Assembly: GCA_963805625.1 (NCBI GenBank)
Contig: CAWDVE010000012.1
Location: 134,936-198,935 of the forward strand
Reading direction: 5' to 3'
Source of the DNA: an uncultured Candidatus Rokubacteria bacterium
Lineage (GTDB): Bacteria; Methylomirabilota; Methylomirabilia; Rokubacteriales; DASRDR01
Length of the DNA: 64,000 nucleotides
The notes under the pieces are model-generated. The model was not told the DNA's origin, made no database searches, and saw nothing but the letters and a program-made list of their open reading frames with translations. Below, in pieces: positions 21,457 through 32,619 of the stretch; position 1 is the first letter of the stretch; every line of letters starts with the position of its first letter. Both the position numbers and the translations under genes were made by a program.

Positions 21457-23111
21457 GTGTCAAGGACGCGGCGGCACTATTGGGATGCAGCGAGGCGGCC
21501 ATCCGCAGGTGGCTCTCCCAGCGCAAGCTTCAGACCTTCAAGGTTGGGCGGCTGGGCCGTGTCCCGAATGATGTGGAAAAGGCTTCTCGGGGATCGGAGC
21601 ACGTTGGGCTCGGATCGCGGGCGACGCCCGATTTCGGGGGATACCAGGATATGGGTCGCCCCGTCAAACGGGATCCTGAGGCAATTGTGCGATTGCGGAA
21701 TTGAGGCCATTGGCGTCAGGCGGCCTCTTCCGCCTTCGGCGCCGGGATCGTGAACGCGAGGGCCATGTCGTGCCAGCCCTCGAGCTTCCGGAAGGAGATC
21801 TGCCCTGAGGCCATGAGGCCATAGAGCAGAGCCAGGGCGGCATCCGCCGTGGGAAAGCTCCCTTGAGTCTTCACCCGACGCCGGAACTCGAGATGCAGAC
21901 GCTCAATGCTGTTCGTCGTGCGCCAGCTCTTCCACTGGCTCCGGGGGTAGCGGAAGAACGTGAGCAACTCGGCCCCCGCCTCCTCCAGGCTGGTGACAGC
22001 CGCCAGGCAACCCTTGGTCCACTTCTTCACGAAGGCCAGGTACGCGCGCCGGGCGGCGGCCCCGTCTTCGGCGAAGACGATCGCGTGGTAGTCGTCGCGG
22101 AGCTCGTCATGGAGCCGCCGCGGGGCATGGGTCAGCAGGTTCCGGAGCTTGTGGACGGTACACCGCTGGATCGCCGCCGCCGGCCACGTCCGTTCGACCG
22201 CGGCGCGCAGCCCCTTGCCCCCATCGAGGACGCAGAGCTGGGGCGCGCGCACGCCCCGAGCGGCCAGGTCCTCGCAGACCGCCGCCCAGGCCTCGGCACT
22301 CTCGCTCCCGCGGAGCGACAGATGCACCAGGACCTTCTGGCCGCTCCGCTGCACTCCCAGGACGGCCAGCACCGGGACCGGGCTCACGCGCCCGCCCAGC
22401 CGCACCCGCAGGTGAAAGCCATCCAGGTAGAGGGCGACGAGATCGAGATCGGACAGCGTCCGCGCCCGCCAGGCCTCGAGCTGGGCTTTCAACCCCTGGA
22501 CGATCCGGCTGATCGCGCTCTTCGACAAGGCCCGGCCCTGCAGCAACGGTTTCAGGGCGCCACGGATCCGGCGTGTGTTCGCCCCGCACAGGTAGGCCTG
22601 CAGGACGGCCTCGTTGACCTGCCGCATCCGCCGAGCGTAGGCCGGCAGGACCTGGCTCTGCCATTCGGTGGCGGCGCTGGCTCCGGCCTGCAGACGGGCC
22701 CGGGGCACGGTCAGCGTCACGGCGCCCACCGGGCTGGTGATCGTGCGCACCTTCGACCCGTGGCGATACCCCACCCGGCTCCCGCCACGCGCGTACGGGG
22801 GACCGAGCACCGCGGCGAGCTCCACGGCCACGAGGTGTTCAATGGCCTGCCGCACCACGCTCAGCATGTCGGCCTGCAGGGCGGTGGCCCAATCGATGTC
22901 GGCCGGCTTGTCCGCGGTCGTCTTCTGTGGCAACGTCGGCATCGGCGTATCTCCTCTCGGTGCGCCCCGCCAAGGGCGTCAACGGTTGGTGGTCTCCAAT
23001 CCACCGAGAAGATACGCCATTTCTCTTTTCCACAACTATCGGGACGCCGCCGGGCGGCTGACCCGGGTGCGAGTCTCCGACCTGGAGGCATTCGTCCAGG
23101 CGCGCCGTTGA
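21441..23111 (+). pseudogene. Excisionase-like HTH protein interrupted by IS256
   Basis: VERLLSVKDAAALLG...KVGRL | TRVRVSDLEAFV; intact homolog at 43204-43368. Confidence 0.9.
21555..23051 (-). mobile_element. IS256 family element (transposase 21716-22942)
   Basis: LYLDG, QRCTVHK, TTNSIER; 9-bp DR GGGCGGCTG; imperfect IRs GG..GTCCCGA..TGTGGAAAA. Confidence 0.95.
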
Positions 23112-23222
23112 CGCCCCGCCAGCAGCGGCTCCTGAGTGGCGCTAGGAGCCCGTAGGAGCCGCCTTCTCCCCCTGAGCCATGGCGCGGGGCCGCCCCCGAT
23201 GGGGCCCCGCGTCTCAGGGGAC

Positions 23223-23251
23223 TTGTGTACTGGTATATGATACGATACCAT
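23223..23251 (+). promoter_or_regulatory. Promoter/operator of XRE-integrase
   Basis: TTGTGT-17-TACCAT with inverted TGGTAT/ATACCA; equivalent TTGCGC-17-TACCAT in island 2. Confidence 0.6.
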
Positions 23252-23260
23252 ATGCGACAG

Positions 23261-23476
23261 ATGATCCTCCTTCGCTACTGGCGGGAGCGGCGAGGCTACT
23301 CGGTGCGCGGGCTGGCGAAGGTGGCCGGCGTGGGTTACGTCAGCATCGTGCGGATCGAGAACGGCCACATGAGCCCGACCGTCGCCATGCTGGAGAAGCT
23401 GGCCGAGGCGCTGGGGATCAGCGTGCGCGATTTCTTCCCGGTGGAGAAGCCTACTGGCAAGAGGAGGGCACAGTGA
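23261..23476 (+). CDS. XRE-family HTH regulator
   Basis: LRYWRERRGYSVRGLA...RIENGHMSPTVAMLEKLA. Confidence 0.9.
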   Translation: MILLRYWRERRGYSVRGLAKVAGVGYVSIVRIENGHMSPTVAMLEKLAEALGISVRDFFPVEKPTGKRRAQ

Positions 23477-24564
23477 TGAAGCGGGGTCGGAAGGTGCGAG
23501 GCGTATTTCTGCGAGAGGGGCAGTGGTGGATTCGCTATGCGTGCACGCTCGGGCACGATCATCGGAAGCCTAGTGGCGACCTGAAGACCGCAGCAACCGA
23601 GGAACACAAGGCCAAGCGCGCAGAGATGCGCGAAGCGCGCAAGGCAGGGCGCGAGTGCTGCCCCCGACTGGTGCAACGGGAGCGCCCGGTGCTGTTCGAT
23701 CAGATCGTGGACGACTACATGGAGTACAGCGAGCGTAGCAAGCGCTCGTACCGGGACGACAAGTTTCGCAAGGCCAGGCTCGTGGCATCGTTCGGTGGCC
23801 GGCTTGCCAGTGACATTCGCGCCAAGGATGTCGAGGACTTCAAGGCGGCGCTTGCCGAATCCCGCAAGGTGGCGACCGTGAATCACCATCTCAAGCTGCT
23901 GAAGGCCGTCTTCAACCGAGCGATCCGGCAGGGCCGACTCACCTTCAACCCAGTCACCGCCGTCAAGCTCTTCCAGGAGCACAATGCTCGCAACCGGTGC
24001 CTCAGTCGTGAGGAGGAGGGTCGGCTCCTGAAGGCCCTCCCGGAGCGGCTTCGCCCGCTCGTGGCAGTCGCGCTCAACACGGGGATGCGCCGGGGCGAAC
24101 TCCAGGCGCTCCGTTGGTCGGATGTGGACTTCGCCACCGGAACGCTCCATATCCGTCGCGACAAGGCCGGCGAGGGCCGCTGGGTCGCCTTGAACAGCGC
24201 GGCCCGAGATGCCCTCCTGGCCGTCAAACGGGAGCAGAAGGTGCTCGGCTCCTACGTGTTCTGCTCCCCGGAAGGTCGGTTCCTCCACAACCTGGAGCGT
24301 GACTGGCGGCCCGCCCTGGAGACGGCGAAGATCCCGGACTTCCGATTCCACGACTGCCGGCACACGTTCGCGTCCCGATTGGCCATGACTCCAGGCGTCG
24401 ACCTGTACACGGTCCAGCGAGCGGGAGGGTGGAAGAGTCAGGCCATGGTGCAGCGGTACGCCCACCTCAGCCCCGACTACGTGAGGGCCGCCGTCGAGCG
24501 GATGGCCAGGGGTGAATCCGAGGGTGGAACCGGCACGAAAACCGGCACTGGGCAGCCCGCCTGA
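23476..24564 (+). CDS. Tyrosine integrase
   Basis: TGMRRGEL, HDCRHTFASRL, MVQRYAH; adjacent to tRNA. Confidence 0.95.
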   Translation: MKRGRKVRGVFLREGQWWIRYACTLGHDHRKPSGDLKTAATEEHKAKRAEMREARKAGRECCPRLVQRERPVLFDQIVDDYMEYSERSKRSYRDDKFRKARLVASFGGRLASDIRAKDVEDFKAALAESRKVATVNHHLKLLKAVFNRAIRQGRLTFNPVTAVKLFQEHNARNRCLSREEEGRLLKALPERLRPLVAVALNTGMRRGELQALRWSDVDFATGTLHIRRDKAGEGRWVALNSAARDALLAVKREQKVLGSYVFCSPEGRFLHNLERDWRPALETAKIPDFRFHDCRHTFASRLAMTPGVDLYTVQRAGGWKSQAMVQRYAHLSPDYVRAAVERMARGESEGGTGTKTGTGQPA

Positions 24565-24599
24565 GAACGGACCAGACGACGTAAGTACGCGGAAAGTCA

Positions 24600-24676
<77 letters not shown>

Positions 24677-24746
24677 ACGCCTCTTACCGTAGCACGGCCC
24701 TCTCGGCGTTCAGGCGGGAACGAGACGGCCGAGCGGGTGGGAAGGG

Positions 24747-24823
24747 TGGTCGGGGCGAGCCGATTTGAACGGCCGACCTCCTGCTCCCAAGGCAGGCGCG
24801 CTACCCGGCTGCGCCACGCCCCG
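24747..24823 (-). tRNA. tRNA-Pro(TGG)
   Basis: CCTGC-CTTGGGA-GCAGG, GTTCAAATC, CCA. Confidence 0.97.
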
Positions 24824-24953
24824 ACCCGCTTATCTTACAACACCTTACCGACAGGGCGGCCGGCGGCCTCAAAGTCCTGCGGACGTTTGGCGGACGGTCC
24901 GGTCACCCTGAGTCAGCAACGCATTATATATAGGAAGGCGTCGAAGCTCCGCC

Positions 24954-25178
24954 CTAGGCACCGTCGCTGAACTCCGACCCCCACTCGGCCGTTCCTCCAC
25001 AAGTCGGGCACCGGTACTCCACCTCACCGTGGCCCTGCTCGATGATCAGCTTCCCCCGAGGGGCAACGTGGCTCATCTGCCAGTTGGTTATCTCTTCGAA
25101 GTAGTCCGGCTGTTCCTTACAGGATGGACAATAGAGTCGATCGTCCTCGTAGCGCTCGTGCACCCCGCTCCGCTTCAT
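24954..25178 (-). CDS. Small zinc-ribbon protein
   Basis: CPSC...CPTCG. Confidence 0.55.
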   Translation of the reverse strand: MKRSGVHERYEDDRLYCPSCKEQPDYFEEITNWQMSHVAPRGKLIIEQGHGEVEYRCPTCGGTAEWGSEFSDGA

Positions 25179-25307
25179 CTCGTGCTGCCGCCCCTATCCA
25201 GGTTTGCCGCCAAGAGCTTCCCGTCCTGCCGGATCAGGTTCGGCACGCCAACGATCCGGGCTTAGATCGGTCTGATCCAGGAACAGGCAGGTCATGTCCG
25301 CTGACGT

Positions 25308-25760
25308 TCAGCGCTGGGCCGGCTCGCCACCACCGTACGAGCGTTCCGAAACAATGCCAACCTGCTGCAGCCAACTCAGGCGGTCGTGGCAGTTCCAGCG
25401 TTCCACAATCTGGCCGTCGACGAACCGGAGAATATCAACCCCCTTGGTAGACGACTGACTTTCCAGTAGGGGCCGTGCCAAGGAATACTCCGCGGTGGGT
25501 ACCGCGCGCAGTGTACCGGACCACGACCTTGTCACCTTCGGCGATTAACGTAGATCCTCGATCGTCACGTGATAGTCGGGAAACGCGGCGAAGAGAGGCT
25601 CGAGCCGCTCCTTCAGCCCACCCATACCGGCGGGCGCCGCGGAGTAGCCATAGTACACCCAGTTCGGGGCAAGCACTTCGTTGAAGACGGCGTGGTCGCG
25701 TCGGTTCCAGCCATCCTCGAAGAAGCGCCGCGCCGTGGCCCTATTCCGGCCCACGCTCAT
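25308..25760 (-). pseudogene. SnoaL-like ester cyclase, frameshifted
   Basis: AAFPDYHVTIED; DILRFVDGQIVERW in another frame. Confidence 0.7.
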
Positions 25761-25823
25761 GGCCGACTCCTTCCATGCGAGAACTCCTCAACTGGGCGCG
25801 GCTCTGCAAATGTCTCAGCCTGC

Positions 25824-26150
25824 TCACATATCGACGTGCGGCTTTGGAAGGGCGACGAACAGGACTCCGCCGGTGTCCGAGTACACGTCGTCCATGCTTC
25901 CAGGCGGAGAGTAAAGATAGTAGCCAGCCTCGTACCAGGAGTCTTCGAAACGCACTCGGCCTTCCAAGACGAACACCTCCTCGCCGGCGGGGTGCATGTG
26001 CCGCGGCAAGTGGGAGTTGGGTTCGAACTTGAGGAGACCGGCCCGCGTCCCTGTTTGCTCATCTCTCCGGAGTGCTTTTCGGGAGATACCCGGCCATTGT
26101 GTGGGTGTCCATGGAGCTTTGTTGGTGTCGATCTCAATCTCTCTCGCCAT
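25824..26150 (-). CDS. ChrR-like cupin protein
   Basis: LPRHMHPAGEEVFVLEG...YSPPGS. Confidence 0.8.
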   Translation of the reverse strand: MAREIEIDTNKAPWTPTQWPGISRKALRRDEQTGTRAGLLKFEPNSHLPRHMHPAGEEVFVLEGRVRFEDSWYEAGYYLYSPPGSMDDVYSDTGGVLFVALPKPHVDM

Positions 26151-26269
26151 GCTGTGTCTCCTTCGGGGGCATCTCAGGCATCGTCTCAACCCGACCGACC
26201 TTCCGCCTCATCTGGTCCATTCTATGAACGTCCCCCAAACGCTCTCATCTAGGAACACTATCGGCCTTC

Positions 26270-27262
26270 CTACTGGATGAACTCATCGGCCCGCGCCAGC
26301 ACCGAGGGCGGGATGGTAACGCCGAGGGCCTTGGCGGTCTTGAGGTTGACCAGGAACTCGAACTTGGCGGGCTGCTCCACGGGCAGGTCTGCCGGCGTCG
26401 CCCCGCGGAAGATCTTATCGAGGTACATGGCGGCCCGACGGTAGGAGTCCACAAGATCCGGACCATAGGAAAGCAGGCCGCCACGCTCGGCAAAGATCCG
26501 CGCGCCATAGACGGCGGGGAGCCGATGGCGCAGCGCGAAGGCCGTGATGTCCCCGGCGCGCCGAACGGTCACCGAGGACAGGAATACAAACAAGCCGTCC
26601 GTGCCCTCGCGGGCAATACGCTCGAACGCCGCGTCGAGGTCCGCCCCGTGCCGGAGCTCGAAGGAGCGGAGGGCAAGCCGCAGGGGCACGGCCGCGCGCT
26701 GCGTCGCCTGCCAGTAGCTGGGGGACCAGGACAGGGCGGGCTCCCACAGGACGGCGATACGGGCGATACCGGGCGCCGCGTCCTTCAGCAAGGCCAGTCG
26801 CTTTCCGGCGATGTCGGGAGTGACATCGACGGCGAGCCCGGTGATATTGCCCCCGGGCCGGGCGAGGCTCGCCACGAAGCCCGCGCCCACGGGATCCGCC
26901 GCGACCGTCATGACGATCGGGATGGTCGTCGTCGCCCGCTTGGCGAGGGCGACGGTCTGGTTGCTCCCCGCCACGATCGCATCGACGTTCAGATGAACGA
27001 GTTCCGCGACCAGGGCAGGCAGTCGCTCGACCTGGCCGTCGGCGAATCGATGCTCGAACCGGAGATTCAGCCCGTCGACGTAGCCCAGTCGCCTGAGCCC
27101 GTCCTGGAGCGCCTGCAAGACCTCCGCGTTCTGGTCTCGGGTTCCCGACATCACGTGGCCGACACGATACACTTTCCCGGTTGGCTGCGCCTCGGCGACA
27201 AGCGGCGCGGCGAAGAGGCTGAGGATTAGCGCAACGGCAAACTTGGTGCCCGTTCGCTTCAT
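26270..27262 (-). CDS. ABC transporter substrate-binding protein
   Basis: SLARPGGNITG, PADLPVEQP, NLKTAKALG. Confidence 0.9.
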   Translation of the reverse strand: MKRTGTKFAVALILSLFAAPLVAEAQPTGKVYRVGHVMSGTRDQNAEVLQALQDGLRRLGYVDGLNLRFEHRFADGQVERLPALVAELVHLNVDAIVAGSNQTVALAKRATTTIPIVMTVAADPVGAGFVASLARPGGNITGLAVDVTPDIAGKRLALLKDAAPGIARIAVLWEPALSWSPSYWQATQRAAVPLRLALRSFELRHGADLDAAFERIAREGTDGLFVFLSSVTVRRAGDITAFALRHRLPAVYGARIFAERGGLLSYGPDLVDSYRRAAMYLDKIFRGATPADLPVEQPAKFEFLVNLKTAKALGVTIPPSVLARADEFIQ

Positions 27263-27399
27263 GGGCGGCCTCCGGATGGCGGGATGCTACGCCGGAGGTG
27301 GGGCAACGTCAATGTCCGAAAGATACCTTTCTACTCAGATGCCGCTCTCCTTCTTCACTCCCTGGATCGCCCGCTTTGAGGAACATTCCCGGCCCACAG

Positions 27400-28219
27400 T
27401 CCAACCTACCCGCTGCGCGACGCGCGAGCCCAAGTCTGCACCAGCATGAACGTGGTGCCCCAACGGCCCGGCTGACCGATCTCGGCCTCGGCCCGTTGCC
27501 AAGGTCCTCAAGTTCAGGCCGGGAAACGAACCGGAGCAGCCGAGGTTCCAGGGACACGCTGAACTGCACGGGAAGGCGCAGGTAGGGATGTCCGGGGGCA
27601 AGCGCGTAGACCTCCGCCCGGACCTCGGGGTCGAGACCGGCCTCGCGCAGGAGTTCGAACTGCCTCCGACCGGCATTCAAATCACCCCGGCCGCAATGAA
27701 CGCCTCGGCGAAGAGCGCGATGAGCCGTTCCGCAGCAGGCGCGGGAGGATTGAAGTGCCACGATCCGAGGTCGGGGTCTTCTAGGATCACCCACCCGCCT
27801 GGAGTGACCAGACGGAGATAACTCGCCAGCTGGTCCGCGGCGCGCCACAAGGGCCCGATCTCGAACCGGCTATGCACGAGATTAAAAGTGTGCGGCTCAA
27901 GCTTGCTGTCGAACAGATCGTCATGCACGAGCGTCACGTTCCCGAGTCTGTCTTCCTTGATTAACGCGCGAGCCGCATCCAACAGCTTGGCATCAACATC
28001 GATGCCCGTGACGGAGCCGTCGGGACCGACCCACTGACTCAACAGGCAAAGCCAACCCAAGCAACCACAGCCGACGTCGAGCGTCCTCAGGCCCTGGCCG
28101 CCCCCGAGACGATCGAGCAGTGCACGCCCGGCCGGCTCCCACACGCGGGACTGGATTTGGAGGCGTTCGAGTTCCGACAGCTGACCGGCCAGGAGATAGG
28201 CTGAGCCGGAGGTTGCCAT
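27400..28219 (-). pseudogene. SAM-dependent methyltransferase, frameshifted near 27680
   Basis: ELERLQIQSRVWE, LDVGCG; C-terminus continues in other frames. Confidence 0.7.
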
Positions 28220-28289
28220 AATCCATTCTCCTTCCGACTGTTCGACCTCCGACGCGATACTTCTCTTGCACTGTCTCGACTTGAACTGT

Positions 28290-28463
28290 CTCCTAAGCGA
28301 CGCTAGCTCTTCTTCGTCTGCCCCATAAAATGCGCCAAGCTGTGGCACGACTCTCGTGCTCTTACACGTCGGGCACCGGACTTTCCCCTTCTCATACTCC
28401 GAGACGGTCATGCTCAACTCGAACGGCTTCTGGCATCTCGCAGAGGAACTCGTACCGTGGCAT
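28290..28463 (-). pseudogene. FmdB-like zinc-ribbon protein, frameshifted
   Basis: MPRYEFLC | ..CPTCKSTRV. Confidence 0.6.
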
Positions 28464-28551
28464 CGCGTCCCTCCTCACCTCACTGAGCGCGCCGCCCAAT
28501 CACCGGCACGATGCCACCGGCCAGCGCCAGCGCACAGTTGGGTCTCCTCCC

Positions 28552-28695
28552 TCATATTCGGCCCATTAGGACCAAGATGAGGAGAATGAGCACCACCAGA
28601 CCGACGCCACCTCCCATGTACGGGCCGCCGTAACGCCAACCGCCAGGCACACCGACAAGAAGCAGCACGATAAGTATGATGAGCAGTGGACTCAT
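28552..28695 (-). CDS. Small membrane protein (DUF3309-like), 47 aa
   Basis: MSPLLIILIVLLLVGVPGGWRYGGPYMGGGVGLVVLILLILVLMGRI with GGAGG RBS. Confidence 0.7.
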   Translation of the reverse strand: MSPLLIILIVLLLVGVPGGWRYGGPYMGGGVGLVVLILLILVLMGRI

Positions 28696-28803
28696 GGCTT
28701 GCCCTCCTTTAAGGCAGGTTATCGAATCGGGACGTCGACCAGCCCGACCGCGAGATTAACGGTTATCCCGTTGCCGTCTCGATCAGCCTCTTTGGGCGCG
28801 GGA

Positions 28804-29041
28804 TCAATGCTCGGTGTCCCGCCTTGGCGACTCGTTCCCGTAGCTGTCCTTGCTTCGAATCTTGCCATCGCGCCCGTGGACGACTAGGTCGACGCGGTCC
28901 CTCACAGCCCGCGCCTTTCCCTTCTTGATCGCGTTCGCCTGCGTTCGGCTCGTAGAGAGAACCCGGCTGCTCTTCCGAGCGTCCCCAGCCCCCGTCCCGG
29001 TTCTTGACCACGTGAATATCCTTGCCACCCTTCTTCGCCAT
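28804..29041 (-). pseudogene. DUF2188-like protein, frameshifted
   Basis: DIHVVKNRDGGW | TQANAI...VVHGRDGKIRSKDSYG. Confidence 0.65.
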
Positions 29042-29357
29042 GGAACCACTCCTCTCTTCTACGCGGTCACCTTCTTCGGCCTCCTCCGTCGCTTCGAGGT
29101 AGTCGTGCTGTCGGCCGTTCCCTCTGCAGTCACCTGGGATTTCTTGTTCTTGCTCTCAGGAGGACGGCCGCGCCGCTTCCCTCCTCGGGCTGGAGTCTTC
29201 TTGGCGCCGGGCACGATCTCCTGGAGCACCCGGACGCCCTCCTTGGCAACCGCGATCACGGAGCCGGTGACGGAATCTCAGTAGTAGCGGACTGCAGATT
29301 TGCGGCCTCGGGGCATCGTCGTCGCTCCTTCGCGGTTCGGGTGTCGCTGTCCGTGGT

Positions 29358-29627
29358 TCAGAGACTCTTCGCGATGCGATTGTACAGCCAGGCCCACGCA
29401 TATCCTATGACCCACGACATACCGACCACGATGACGAACGTTACGAGAGACACGGCGGAAGGCGTCACCTTCGGGAGCAGCGCCGCCACGTCAGCACCGA
29501 AAAACTGGGCGTTGAACAGAAGCTGAAAGGCGCGCGGTGACACCAGAGCGAGGACGCCAAACAGAACGTAGAGCGTCGCAGTGAGGACCGCCAATGAGTG
29601 CGCGAAAGCGGGTTGGTTGAGCATTAC
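29358..29627 (-). CDS. Small two-TM membrane protein
   Basis: Hydrophobic ORF ending WLYNRIAK. Confidence 0.55.
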   Translation of the reverse strand, partial: VMLNQPAFAHSLAVLTATLYVLFGVLALVSPRAFQLLFNAQFFGADVAALLPKVTPSAVSLVTFVIVVGMSWVIGYAWAWLYNRIAKSL

Positions 29628-29675
29628 ATCCCTCTCAGTCTCCCTGGATCTCTTGCTTCCAAGAACCTTCACATT

Positions 29676-29984
29676 CTAGAGGAACCCGATCCGCCCGGCG
29701 CCTCCGCCCTCCGCACCGATTTCCAGAATCGCGACCACATACGACCACGGGACGAGAATCTCGAACCCCTCGTGCTTTCCGCCCTCGCCGTCCCAGCTAT
29801 TATGGGCTCTCGCCACTACGCCCGCCTGATGGCCCAAGTTCACCACAGTGCATGCGATGGCGAAAGCGGGCGCTCCGCGTTCCTGGCCGAGTTCCGGATC
29901 CAGGAGTTGCCGGCTCCATGAAAACTTCTCGAACCAGGCACCCTCGACCACAAGCTCTGCACGTTCGCCGATCTTGATTGCCAT
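29676..29984 (-). CDS. Hypothetical protein
   Basis: ORF with RBS, ending GRIGFL. Confidence 0.5.
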   Translation of the reverse strand: MAIKIGERAELVVEGAWFEKFSWSRQLLDPELGQERGAPAFAIACTVVNLGHQAGVVARAHNSWDGEGGKHEGFEILVPWSYVVAILEIGAEGGGAGRIGFL

Positions 29985-30106
29985 ACCTCATACCCCTTGT
30001 CCTTGGATCACTTGGTTCTAGAAACGCCGGTACGACAAGATCCGTCCCTCAATGGCACCGGAGTTGAACAGGCCAATTGGCGCCGATTCTCGGATGACCT
30101 CGACGC

Positions 30107-30562
30107 TCACCGGCTACTTTCCTTCGAACGCGTCTCGATCAGTCGCTTCGTCATCAGCACAAGTCCGAACACCTGCGTCCATTCTGAAACGATGTTGCCA
30201 ACTACCTGTCCCCATTTAGACTCGGAGTCCATCCACCAGTACAGCGCAATCCACCCGAGCCCTGTAGTCAATAGAAAGATACTCAGCGAGTGATCGCGCA
30301 GACGTAGCCACACCGGACCCAGCACATTTCGAGGAGGTCGTCGGCTCTCAGCCGAGCCTCTCTCATACAAGTACTTCGTCGCAAGCACCATGACGACAAC
30401 ACCGGTCCAGTCGGCTATGGCATTCCCAAAAAAGGAACCCAGATGCGTACCCGGGCCGAAAACCCTATACAACCCAATCCAGAGGCCGAGAAGACCTATT
30501 GAAGCCAGGCTCAGTGAATGCCGACGAACGAAGCTCTGTTTGCGCCCTCGCCCTCCTGTCAT
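30107..30562 (-). CDS. Membrane protein with internal duplication
   Basis: Repeats HSLSL..GNAIADWT / HSLSI..GNIVSEWT. Confidence 0.7.
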   Translation of the reverse strand: MTGGRGRKQSFVRRHSLSLASIGLLGLWIGLYRVFGPGTHLGSFFGNAIADWTGVVVMVLATKYLYERGSAESRRPPRNVLGPVWLRLRDHSLSIFLLTTGLGWIALYWWMDSESKWGQVVGNIVSEWTQVFGLVLMTKRLIETRSKESSR

Positions 30563-30622
30563 TCAGTCAGGACTCCTCTCGAGACGCTGGTGAAATGGCC
30601 TCTACCTGGAATGTGAGAGGTC

Positions 30623-31078
30623 CTACCGCCCCGGGACCGTGAGCACCGAACACGAGGCCCCAGCGACGACCCGTGCCGCCACGCTGCCCAGCAGGAACCG
30701 ACGGACGCCAGTTCGCCCGTGCGTGCCGATCACGATCATGTCGGCGTGCACGGCCTTCGCAGTCCGCACGATTCGTTCGTCTACCGGCTCTCCCTCCACG
30801 AGACGACTCGACACGCGTACACCGGCCTGCTTCGCCCGCGCGACGAGCCGGTTCAAGTGTCGCTGAGCCACGGTCCGAGCGGTCCGCTCGAGGTCCTCCA
30901 GCGTCGTCGCCGGGAGGTACCCCTCCGCCATCATCATCGGCACGACGACAAACGGGAGGACGTGCACGAGCACCAAGTCGCCTCGCAGAGACTTTGCCAG
31001 GTCCACAGCCTTCCGAAAGGCAGGGCGCGAGGCCGAGGAAAAGTCTGACGGATGGAGGACTCGCCGAAAAGCAGGCAT
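30623..31078 (-). CDS. Universal stress protein
   Basis: VLHPSDFS, IGTHGRTG..LLGSVA. Confidence 0.92.
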   Translation of the reverse strand: MPAFRRVLHPSDFSSASRPAFRKAVDLAKSLRGDLVLVHVLPFVVVPMMMAEGYLPATTLEDLERTARTVAQRHLNRLVARAKQAGVRVSSRLVEGEPVDERIVRTAKAVHADMIVIGTHGRTGVRRFLLGSVAARVVAGASCSVLTVPGR

Positions 31079-31264
31079 CAGAGGCTCCCTCCTCATCGAG
31101 TGAGCGGATCACACCCCGATCAGGGCTGTCAGTTGGGTGTCGTGTTGACGCGCCAAACCAGAAGGGTACCGCGAGAGCACTCCCGTGTTCGCGTCATCCA
31201 GAGTCTCCTCTTCGGAGAGCAGTGTATTGCTCTTCGTCAAACTTCTTCTCCCTGGATCACTTAG

Positions 31265-31454
31265 CCTTGAACGGTGAATCTTGCAGGCCCGAGAGTCATC
31301 CGAGGCCCGCTCTAGTCGCGTGATTAGCGCACCCTCGTGGTCTGTTCCAGCCGCCCTCCGAGGGGCGGTGGTGATGGGTCACCTGGGGACGCGGTGGAAG
31401 CGTGATGACAATGGTTTCCATGTCCATCACCGTCCTCCGAATCGCCGATTGGGG
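31265..31454. mobile_element. Putative IS1380-derived MITE (190 bp)
   Basis: TTAG on both sides; right end TCGCCGATTGGGG matches the IS1380 IR; left end is a degenerate IR. Confidence 0.55.
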
Positions 31455-31508
31455 TTAGTTCTCGGTATGTTCGGCGCACTCGGTTATCCCGTTACATACA
31501 ACAAAATA

Positions 31509-32614
31509 TTGATCTTTGACTATGTAATGGATACACGACTCACGTCCACGGCAGGTCCGATGCGAGGATGCAGGACCACAGGAGGTGCTGGGACCCATGG
31601 ACCCGACGGAACGACCGCCGTAGGTGGGCATCCAATTGACGAAAGTGTTCCGGTGCGCCATTGGCCAAGTCATGCTTGAACTTGGTCCAGACGAACTCGT
31701 CGGGATTCAGCTCGGGGGCATAGGCCGGGAACCGATGCACGTGCAGCCGCGTGTGTCGGGTCAAGAACGCCGTGACGTCGGCGCGCCGGTGAATCATGCC
31801 ACCATCCCAGAGCAGCTCGACCGGTCCGCGGAGGTGCCGCAGGAGGTGGCGCAGAAACACCACGACCTCCGCCCCGGTGATGTTCACGGGGTGGACGTGC
31901 ATGTACAAGCCCAGGCGGGCGCGCTGGGGGGACACCGACAGGGCAGAAATCGCCGACAGCTTGTCGCGCGTGTAGCTGTGGCGTACCCGCGGCGTACACC
32001 CCACCGGCGCCCAGGTCTTCCGCATGTTCGGGATCAACAGGAAGCCGCTTTCATCGAGAAACACGAGGTGGGCCCCACGTCGGGCGGCGTTTTTTTATAT
32101 CCGGCCACGTGTGCGTCTTCCAGTGTTCGATGGCCGCCTCGTCCCGCTGGCGCGCGCGCCGTTCGGGTTTCTGCCAACTCCAATGCAGGCCGTGCCGCAA
32201 GAGCTTCCACACGCCGACCGGACTGTAGCGTACGTCGAACTCCGCCTCGATCAGCGTGCCGATGCGCTTGAGCGTCCACAACTCGGTCGTGTGTCCGGCG
32301 GCCCGCGCGCCTTGGAGCAGCAACCGCCGGAGGCGCGCCTTCTGGGTCTCCGTCAACCGGGGCGGGCGGCCCGGCGTGGGCCGGGCGCGTAATCCGTTCC
32401 GCCGGTCGCGCCGATACGCTTGCTTCCAGCGCACGACGGAGCTCACGGCCGCCCGGACCAAGCGGGCGACTTCGCGATATGGCGTGCCCACCCGCAGGAG
32501 CGCGATAGCCCGGCGTCGACGCTTTTCCAGTTGCTCGGCCGTGCCAGAAGGTCTCATGCCGATCAGCATAGTGAACCACAGGCTAACCGTATGCATTCTT
32601 TAGTAAATGGTCAA
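31509..32614 (-). mobile_element. IS630 element, copy A2 (near-identical to 4161-5266)
   Basis: Same 1106-bp element, TA duplication, one visible SNP. Confidence 0.95.
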
Positions 32615-32619
32615 TAACG

